Shown: one piece after another, positions 25,811 through 35,899 of the stretch
Numbering within the stretch: position 1 is the first letter of the stretch
How the letters are laid out: each line of letters starts with the position of its first letter
NCBI GenBank assembly: GCA_043228905.1
Contig: JBHGNT010000002.1
Span: forward strand, 18,538,001 to 18,602,000
Source: Azolla caroliniana
Taxonomy: Eukaryota > Plantae > Polypodiophyta
Length of the DNA: 64,000 nucleotides
Reading direction: 5' to 3'
Notes under the pieces: model-generated
The model's input: the letters and a program-made list of their open reading frames with translations, nothing else
What the model was told of the DNA's origin: nothing
The model's database searches: none
Position numbers and translations under genes: made by a program

Positions 25811-26122
25811 ATGTTGAGCGGACAAGCTCAATCGGTTCCGGATCAACTAAATAAGCTAGAGCCAGATCGGTGAACCAAGAGCCGGATCAGATTGTAACCA
25901 GTAGGCTGTTAGAGGTCTACAATCTTACCCTAGTACTCCACTCTCTTCTTTCCTCCACCTCTCTTCCCCTATTCCTTTATAAACAATCCTTCTTATTTGC
26001 ATCCAAACCATTGTAACATGATTCTTATATTATAAAAGAATCTATCATCTTGATATAAACTAATGTTTTCTTTCATCTACTTGTCTAATGTGTAAATCTT
26101 GATTGTGCTTATTTCTTATCGT

Positions 26123-29100
26123 TGTTGTAGTGTAATTCGCACACTACGTGAAAAATTACATTTTTGGTTTCTCCGGATAGGATAGGAGTACCCAGTGAGA
26201 ACCGGAAGGAAGAACCGGTGAGGACCGAAACCAGTAAGGAGGATCCGGTAAGAACCGGATAAAGAAAACCGGTGAGAACCGGATGAAGTAGAACCGGCAA
26301 GAGCCGAATGAAAAAGGCTGGTGAGAGTCTCTCACTAGATGAAGAGACATATTTGTAAATAGAAGAAAGTATAAAATTATATATTACATGCATAGGGCAA
26401 GAGTCGAACCTTGCACCTCCATGTTAATAATGTTAACCCTTATCATTATACTAGCGTATTATGAATTTTAAAGTTATATAAAACTTTATCCCATGTAAAA
26501 TTTCTAGACATGCATGGCACAAAAAGTTATTCATGCATAGACACTTGAGTTAAAAGAAAACGATGAGATAGAATGCTAATCATGCACATGCAGTGTGCAT
26601 GAAAACTAAAGATAGGAAAAGCATGATGCTTGCATGTGATAAACTTAGACTCTTCCAACACTATATAAGGAAGAGAGAAAGATGTATAAAGGTTGTTGAT
26701 TATTTTACAAGGATTTTGATCAATCTAATATATTCATGGGATTCACAATTTTTTTCCATCTATTTCTCTCTTACATTCTAAGTATCAATTAATACACTAT
26801 ACTCGTGGGATTCACGAGGTTCATATCTTCTTTCAAATATTTCTCTTTCTTGCAATCGATTCATAAGGAGCCTTATCTCATATTCTTCTTTCTCCTAGTT
26901 CAAAACCTCAGCGGTTCCCACCCGACTCACGCAACGATCCGGAGCCGAAAGGCACGACACAAGTGGTGAACTCGACGTGAACACGGGTGGCAAGGAGATG
27001 GAAAACCAATCAGAGGCTAACAGCATGATGATGATGTTTGAGCGGATGCTTCAGGAACAACGTGCGATGTCGGAGATAGCGGCGGCAGTATAGCGGCTCG
27101 TGCAACGGATCGGGCAATTCAACGGAAAGGACGTATCACGCTATCTTCAGGTCTACAAGGCGGAAATGCTACGGTGCGGGATTTCGGAAGGACTGCAAGT
27201 GACATCCTTCAACCGGGTGGCTATCGATGGGCTTCAAGCAAGTATCCACGGGCTACGACAACAAAATCCGATGTGGGAAGCATTTGAAGAGGCGCTAAAG
27301 ACCACGTTCGCTATCGAGGACTCCTCCAAGGCAACGCAGAGAGGATTCGAGGATTGGGTAGAAACGCCGGACATGGGGATGAAGGTCCTTGATGTGTTTT
27401 CGGCATTCGAAAGTCGGTTCGGGAGGTTGTCTGCGAGAGATCAAGCTATCCTCGCACCGAACAAAGTTATCATGTTCTTACGAGCCATAGACGTCCGGGA
27501 CCGGAAGGATCTTGGAGTGCTTTTAGAGGACACGACTACTGAGAGCGGCCTCACCGAAACATGGGAAAGCGTGCAGGATATCGTCACGCGATACACAAAG
27601 AGGGGGCAATGGCTTGGCAACGAAGAAAAGAGGGTTTTGGAACTGACTCCGAAACCGAGATCCAGATCGGAAGACCATCAACCGCGGGCTCGGGAAGCTA
27701 CGACTGAGAAGGGAATCGACGTAACTACGGTGGAGCAGTTGTTGAAGGAGATGGAGAATCTAAAAATCGCGATGGTGAAGAAGTCGGATGACCGTCCCAC
27801 AAGTTCCAAGTATATGAACCGTCGATGCATATGGTGCGATAGCACCGAACATGATCGGAGGGATTGGGAAGAGCACAAGGAAGCGCTACGACGGGATCTT
27901 ATCTACTACGAGGGAAATCGGATTCATTCGATGGACTCTCGGAAGCCACTCCGACTGAACTTCCGAAAAGGCGGCATGAAGAAGGTCCTAGAGGAGGAAA
28001 TAGCGGCGAAGAACAATTACGCGACAACCGCGGGAATATGTGTCGGGGAGTCATCGGGAGTAAAGGTGTCTTTTTGGCCGGAAGTGCTAGAAAACACCGA
28101 GAAAACCGACTCTAATGAGATCCAAAGCACCGCGGAAGGCATCCGGGAAGCTACGGGATGGGAGTGCCCCCGTCGATAAGAATAGCGTGTTTGCTTTATG
28201 CCAATTGCATGAAGTGTATGTAGATGAGAAGTGACGGCGCACGGATGAGGCGGCCGGTCCATCGAAGACACCGGAAAGCTGGAACTCCGGAGGTAAGGGA
28301 AAAGAAAAGATGATTCCGACATTCAAGCTTGCCTCGGACATCGAACAACAAGCGGACTTGAAAAAGGTGTTCGAGGAGAGAATCCTCGATAGCCGGGTAG
28401 ATTTTTCGCTTCGAGAATTACTCGGAATAGCGAAGAAGGAGTTCCACGATCTTCTTGTGGATCTCATGAAGAGAAAAAGGCAAAGTACGGAGGAGAACAC
28501 TCCAAGGGTGAATGCAAATATCGTTCTAATGAATGACACCGAATTGGAGGACGAAATACTGAATTCTCACTACACAAAGCCACACTGGGCACGCGCAACT
28601 ACGGAGACTTCGGTCCGAATCGGTAACATCAAAGAACCCGTGCTAGCATTGATTGATCACGGTTCGGAGATCAACTTGATGTCCAAGGAATTCTACCGGA
28701 AGGGTAAGTGGCCTATTAACACGAATCATGGGTGGAAGATCCGGGCGGCCACTAAAGCAACGGAAGATCTATTTGCGACTTGTCCGGATGTGACGGTGAA
28801 GATCGGGGTAGTCGAGATCAACTAAAATTTCTTCGTACAAGACGAGGTCTCACACTCCGTGATCCTCAGGCAACCTTTTATCACGGCATCATGGATGGAG
28901 ACGAAGGTGCTCGATAGAGGTGCGGCTTTTGCGTGAATTCGGAGCCAAAACGGAGGGAAATCCGTCCAATTCCTAACAGTGCCAGCAAATCATGAAAGGA
29001 ACAAGAGAAAGCTCTTGTCCCAAACAAGAATAGATTTTTAGAGCGAACTGTTGCGGAGTGGGGAAGTGATAGTCCGAGAAGCCCTGATACCCCACACAGG

Positions 29101-32100
29101 AAGAAACCTCTCGATGCAAAACAAGTACGAATCGGTCCGGATGGGGCATCCACGTACATGGCCTTAACCGGAGGAATGAAGAAAGAATACCGAAAAGTGG
29201 AGGATAAGTTACGGTCGGCATCAATAATAAAAGAAGAAGAAATCGTGGGAATAGTCGAAGAGGTGTTCTATGGGAGCACACTACAACAGCTTGAAGAGCT
29301 CACGAAAGATACAAGCCAGGGAAACCGGGTAATTCCGGTGGAGTCGGTCGAGATGTACGAGATCATTGCGAAAATGGGTCCGGATGCACTACGCAAAGAA
29401 GAAGCAATGGTAAGTATGAAATACAAGACCGTGGAGAAGAAAGTGAAACCAGCCGCGGGACCATTACCCGCCGATAGCGAGCAATAGAGGAAAGAAGTCT
29501 TGGGAGATCCGACACTTCGAAAGTCTATGGATATCGTACATGGCTTCATGGATGAGACCCGGAAGAAACTTCGGATCGGTGGAGGTGGTTTCCTTTTACA
29601 AAATGAAGAACAATTCCGTGGGATGTTGGAACAACATGGGAAAGCATTTGCATTCACATCAAAGGAGATTGGGTGCATTGATTCGAAGAGAGTGGAGCCA
29701 ATGGTGATCTTCACGATTGACCATGTGTCATGGAACCTGAAGCCGATTCCGTTGCCACGAGCGCATATTCCGAAAATCATCGACTTGCTCAAGGAGAAGG
29801 TGGCGATGGGGATTCTAGAGCCATCAAATGCTCCGTACTCAAATCGATGGTTTACGGTTCTGAAGAAGAATGGGTCACTCCGATTTATTCAAGGTTTGCA
29901 ACCGGTAAACAAGGTCACAATCCAGAACTCCGGAGTCGGTCCGATAGTGGATGAATTTGCAGAAGCATTTGCCGGTCGTGCGATATACTCCATCAGAGAC
30001 CTATACTCCGGATATGACCAATTCCAACTTCCTGTGAAGAGCCGAGACATCACTACCATGCGGACACCGATAGGATTAGTCCAGATGTGTATGCTACCAC
30101 AAGGCGCGACGAACTCAGTCGCACATATGATGAATGCGATGAACAAGGTGCTCTGGGATTGCATACTGGAGATAACGATGCCGTTCCTAGATGACATTCC
30201 GATGAAACGATGTGCGGTGGAAGAAAAAGATGAAGTTATGGATGAACGGGGATGCTGAAGGTTTGTAGTCAACCATATCCGTGATTGTGAGAAAGTGTTA
30301 CGGAAGTTAGAAGATGTGCATCTAACACTTTCCGAAGAGAAATTGGCATTCGGACAAGAAGAAATATTGGTAGTTGGACATCTTTGTGGGCCCTACGGCC
30401 GAAGACCGTCACCAACCAAGATCGATGCAATTCAAGCTATGAAAGAAGTATGCGAGTCACAATCCGAAGTTCGAAGGTTTCTTGGAGCATGTGCATTCTA
30501 CCACATATGGATTCCGCACCATGCACATATAGCGGACCCACTCTATCACTTGTTGCGGAAGGGTAAGAAGTTTGAATGGAAACCGGACCATACCAAAGTC
30601 GTGAAGAAGCTCAAGAAATCACTACGGAGGGCAGAAGCACTAAAGAAGCCGAACTATGACCAACCGATCATAGTAACGGTTGACACAAGTCCAACCGGAA
30701 TCGGATGGTTCATCAATCAAGCCGATCCGGAAGGTTCGCGATATCCAATCCAATTCGGAGCAAAGGTTCTCAACGAAAGGCAACACGGATATGCACAAGT
30801 TAAAAGAGAATTATGGGGATTCGTGTCGGCAATCAATCGGATCGAGATTATTTGATCGGAGCCGAAGTAGTGATCGAAACGGATTGTCTTCCGATACTCG
30901 GGATGATGCGGTGTTGCACGATACCGGATGTGGCTATGCTAAGATGGATTGCATATGTTAAGTCACTTAATCCGGAGGTAAGACACATCTCCGGAAAAGA
31001 CAACGTTGTAGCGGATATGCTATCAAGGGCGCGGTTCAGAGATGACATAACCGAATCCGATAATGAAGAAGTTTCCGAAGACTACTTTGCTTTGGAGCAC
31101 ATATGCCGAGTGGACGTAATCCAAGAATTCCGGGAAGAAGAATACGAGGGAGAAAGCTTGTTGATCGGGAAAATGCTACGAGAAATCGAGGAATCATCGG
31201 ACAATAAAGAGAAGAGAGCCGAGATCTGAAGTAAGAAATGGCAAGTTCGAAAGTTCTTCTTGAAAAATGCATTTTTATGGAGGGAGCCGAAAAGACCGGG
31301 TGGCATACCACTTCGAGTAGTCGGGACAAAAGAGCAACGAAACCAGGTAATGTCCGAATTTCACGAATCTGATTGGGCTGGACATCGGGGAACATGGGCA
31401 ACATTTGGGAAGATCAAGCAAAGATATTGGTGGAAGAATATGTACAAAGATGTCGCGGAGTTCACGGAAAGCTGCGAGAAGTGTCAAATCTACTCCGGAG
31501 TTCGACACCGAGATGAGTTACATCCGACATTCTCACCGACAGTCAACTTCAAATGGATGGTCGACATTGTAGCCATGCCAACCGGGATCGGACAAAAGAA
31601 GTACTTGGTGTTAGCTCGGGAAGATCTCACAAACCAAGTAGAAGGTCGGGCGCTACGGAGGAAAACGTGTTCTACGGTATGCCAATTCCTTTTGGAAGAA
31701 GTGTTTTGCAGGTACGGGTGCGTAGGACAAGTGATTGCGGATCGGGGAGAACTCGACTCTGATAAAGCTAAGGAATTCTTCACTAAACATGGAGTTCGGT
31801 TAACACTGACAACGGCATACAATCCGGAAGCCAACGGGAAGATCGAACGAGGACATAGTCCGATTGTCAAAGCACTTGCGAAGGCATGCGATGGAAGGGT
31901 GAAGGATTGGCCGCAGATGCTTCCGTATGCACTATGGGCGGATCGGACGATGCATAGCTCTGTACCCGGTTACATGCCGGCAGAACTTATGACCGGACAA
32001 GCACCGGGAATGCCTACGGAAACCACAATCGCGACATGGACAATGCTACCATGGAAGGAAGAGATGAGCCAGGAAGAACTACTAGCGGTCCGGATACGAC

Positions 32101-33530
32101 AACTGGAGGAAAGACCGGAAGACATAGCGGAAGCAATACGCCGACAACAAGAAGCGTGATTCCGGAATAAAAGTCGGTTCGACACAAAGCATCGACTACG
32201 ACCGCGGAAGATTGAAGAAGGAGATTGGGTGATTGTCTACGACAGTAGTTTGGATCATCAACATACAACGATGCGGAAGTTCGCGAAAAGGTGGTTCGGG
32301 CCATATGAGGTTTGAAAAGTTTTCGATAACGGAACTTACCGACTATGCAAGTTGGATGGAATGACGCTACGAGTGCCTATAGCCACGAAATGGGTGAAGA
32401 TTCTCAAGAAGCAGACTGAAGAAGAACCCTATGTGATCCTAGACAAGACCGACAAGAAGGAGCAATCGGACGAAGATTGCGGTGATGTGGAAAGCGAGGA
32501 AAGTGGATTACAACTCATAGTCGACCTAAGGGGAGAATTGGAGGAAGCTTCGGATGAAGGTGAATAGCAAGCATCGTGGACTTCGGCACATACCAGAGGA
32601 TGTGCGGGTTCGGAGGGGGCGAGTGTCGTAGTGTAATTCGCACACTACGTGAAAAATTACATTTTTGGTTTCTCCGGATAGGATAGGAGTACCCAGTGAG
32701 AACCAAAAGGAAGAACCCGTGAGGACCGAAACCAGTAAGGAGACCGGCAAGAGCTGGATGAAGAAGGCCGGTGAGAGTCGGTGAGAAACGGATGAAGAGG
32801 ACCAGTAAGGAGGATCTAGTAAGAACCGGATAAAGAAAACCAGCAAGAACCGGATGAAGCAGAACCGGCAAGAGCCGGATGAAGAAGGCCGGTGAGAGAC
32901 TCTCACTAGATGAAGAGACATATTTGTAAATAGAAGAAAGTATAAAATTATATATTACATGCATAGGGCAAGAATCGAACCTTGCACCTCCATGTTAATA
33001 ATGTTAACCCTTATCATTATACTAGCGCATTATGAATTTTAAAGTTATATAAAACTTTATCCCATGTAAAATTTCTAGACATGCATGGTACAAAAAGTTA
33101 TTCATGCATAGACACTTGAGTTAAAAGAAAAAGATGAGATAGAAAGCTAATCATGCACATGCAGTGTGCATGAAAACTAAAGATAGGAAAAGCATGATGC
33201 TTGCATGTGATAAACTTAGACTCTTCCAACACTATATAAGGAAGAGAGAAAGATGTATAGAGGTTGTTGATTATTTTACAAGGATTTTGATCAATCTAAT
33301 ATATTCATGGGATTCACGATTTTTTTCCATCTATTTCTCTCTTACATTCTAAGTATCAATTAATACACTATACTCGTGGGATTCACGAGGTTCATATCTT
33401 CTTTCAAATATTTCTCTTTCTTGCAATCGATTCATAAGGAGCCTTATCTCATATTCTTCTTTCTCCTAGTTCAAAACCTCAGCGGTTCCCACCCGACTCA
33501 CGCAACGATCTGGAGCCGAAAGGCACAACA
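26123..33530 (+). mobile_element. Full-length tRNA-Trp-primed non-chromovirus Ty3/gypsy element (LTRs 26123-26959 and 32624-33530)
   Basis: Highly similar LTRs, PBS TGGTGAACTCGACGTGAA (26964-26981), PPT GGAGGGGGCGAG (32612-32623), 4-bp TSD TCGT. Confidence 0.97.
27100..32567 (+). pseudogene. gag-protease-RT-RNase H-integrase of the 26123-33530 element, with stops and frameshifts
   Basis: CIWCDSTEH knuckle; LIDHGSEIN protease; DLYSGYDQ, LPQGATNS, FLDD RT; VDTSPTG RNase H; H..GH...C..C, WMVD, ADRGE, NGKIER integrase; GPY motif; no chromodomain. Confidence 0.95.
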
Positions 33531-33626
33531 TCGTCATTTGTGCTTATTTGTTTGTGTGTCTTATGACAAGGGAGCGTTTCGGGCTTGCCCATGCACCTCT
33601 CCTTGCACAAAGGCATTCAAACCTAC

Positions 33627-34100
33627 TGTTAAGAGTCTATTACTAATCAATAGACCAAATCAAGTAAAAAGGAAGAAAATAGATTGGATAGAAGAACCCG
33701 TTCCACCCGACCACCCCCGAGCTATGATCTAGACATAGCCAACCTACCACCGACGTCCCATACCGCCGGATATTAGGATGACTAATACCTTGGAAGAGAT
33801 AAACACGATCGTCGAGACGAAAGCCTAGCCCGCACCACCGGTGTCTACGACAGCAGCCTTCCGACGTGATGATCCCTATGAGGGTAGCTAAGCCTCATAT
33901 TTATACCTTTTCCTAGGCCCCTTGAATAGATGTGCCTTTCTAAAAGGCTCTCTATTCATTGGTTGTCTAAATCATGATAGTGCATGCACATATCATTCAT
34001 TCTATCCAATCATTAGTCCCCTTTTTAATAATAGTGAACATACCCTTCACTAATGTAAATATTAGTGACCTACCCTCACCAACGTTATGTGTACATAACA
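33627..34100. mobile_element. Solo LTR
   Basis: TGTTA...TAACA with TSD CCTAC (33622-33626, 34101-34105). Confidence 0.9.
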
Positions 34101-34119
34101 CCTACATGTCTTATTAATT

Positions 34120-34900
34120 ATCGTCATTTGTGCTTATTTGTTTGTGTGTCTTGTGACAAGGGAGTGTTTCAGGCTTGGCCATGCACCTCTCCTTTCACAA
34201 AGGCATTGAAACTTACGTGTCTTGCGTGTTAGTGTAAATCTTACTTGTGTGTTCGTGCGACTTGTGGCAAGGGAGAGTTCAAGCTTGCCCATGCACCTCT
34301 CCTTTCACAAAGGCGTTTGAAATTGTGTCTCCCGTGTGTAAACCTTTGTTGTGTGTTCGTGCGACTTGTGACAAGGGAGCGTTCGGGCTTGCCCATGCAC
34401 CTCTCCTTTCACAAAGGCATTCAAAATTGTGTCTCCCATGTGTAAACCTTGCTTGTGTGTTCGTGCGACTTGTGGCAAGGGAGCGTTCGGGTTTGCCCAT
34501 GCACCCTTCCTTTCACAATGGCATTCGAAATTGTTTCTCCCATGTGTAAACCTTGCTTGTGTGTTCGTGCGACTTGTGGCAAGGGAGCGTTCGGGTTTGC
34601 CCATGCACCTCTCCTTTCACAAAGGCATTCGAAATTATGTCTCCCGTGTATAAACCTTGCTTGTGTGTTCACGTGTTTTGTAACAAGGGAGTGTTTGGGC
34701 TTGCCCATGCACCTCTCTTTTCACAAAGGCATTCAAAACTCTGTCTCTCATGTGTGTAGGTAAGCCTTTTCCTTGTGTGTCCGTGTGTAAGCCTTCCTCA
34801 CGTGCATTCGTTCGCCTTGTGACTAGGGGTTGATTCGGGTTGCCCATGCACCTCTCCTTTTCATAAACACATTTGAATACTCGTGCCTTGTTTGTGTAAG
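34120..34900. repeat. 104-bp tandem repeat array (about 5 good copies plus degenerate ones; another copy at 33531-33626)
   Basis: GTGTGTTCGTGCGACTTGTGGCAAGGGAGCGTTCGGG...TGCCCATGCACCTCTCCTTTCACAAAGGCATT recurs near 34247, 34351, 34455, 34559 and 34663. Confidence 0.95.
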
Positions 34901-35899
34901 CCTTCCTTGTGTTGTGCGTGTAAGCCCTATTTCCTTCCCGTCCATAACCCCGGCAGTTCCACCTCACACTGCAATCGATGCTCATGCTCGAAGAAAACCA
35001 TGCGAGTGGGTCAAGGACCACTCAATCGGACAGCCGGATGTTGTACACGAAGAACACCAGGTCATTTAGAAAACGTAATATGTCGCATTCCATTATTGAT
35101 AAATACATGAGATGTAAAGAATTACAATTTCTTAACAAACTTTCAAGAATGTATCACGCATGAACACATGATTTTTAAAAACATCAATAAAAAACACAGT
35201 TAATATTATCAAGATTTCAAATTTAATTTGTATTTTCTCAATTCATACACATATTTAGCCAGACATTCGCTTGGATTACGAGAATGTATTCAACTATCAT
35301 TGCAATATGCTTCATTTTACATAATGTTGAATTTGAATCCAATTGAATAATTTTAGAAACACAATTTTAATGCGATATTTCTCTCCAACTCCTATAAAGC
35401 TTGTTATATTAAATGAGTAAATTGCATTTTTGGGTATAATTCGACACATATTTACAAGTGAATATCACATTATATACCTCACATGCCCAAAAACTTCTAC
35501 GAACATTATATCCCCCAATCATATATGAACAACCTAAATGTAAGATCAAGTGAGCAACAACGTTGACTTAATATTATTCTATACACTCAAAACTAAATAA
35601 CCAAGATTAAAGAGCTCAAAAATCCTAGAATAAAGCTAAATTCAATTATATTAATAACGAAACAATTATAACCAACATTTGTCATACAATCGATACGTTC
35701 ATCATCATCTATTCAATAAAAATTATACTTAACAACCACATACTTTGCGAGTCAACCAATACAAATATATGATAGACAATTAAAGCTTGCAAACCAATCA
35801 GATAGTGTAAAGAAATGGGTACTCAAACAAAATAATCTTATATTCCGAAACAAGTTTAATGTTACAATTTTATAGCTACAAATACAAACTAATATACAA

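Larger units (their letters stand above)
25811..34968 (+). mobile_element. Probable long LTR with an internal tandem array, split by two nested insertions; right end tentative
   Basis: Starts TGTTGAGCGGACAAGCTCAA, like the LTRs at 7695 and 52125. Sequence is continuous across the 26123-33530 and 33627-34100 insertions. Candidate end CCTCACA; no matching TSD. Confidence 0.5.

Noticed and set aside
34120-34900. CRISPR-like array or Cys-rich repeat proteins
   Set aside because: Whole 104-bp units repeat with no unique spacers and there are no cas genes. The unit is not a multiple of 3, so the ORFs are artefacts.
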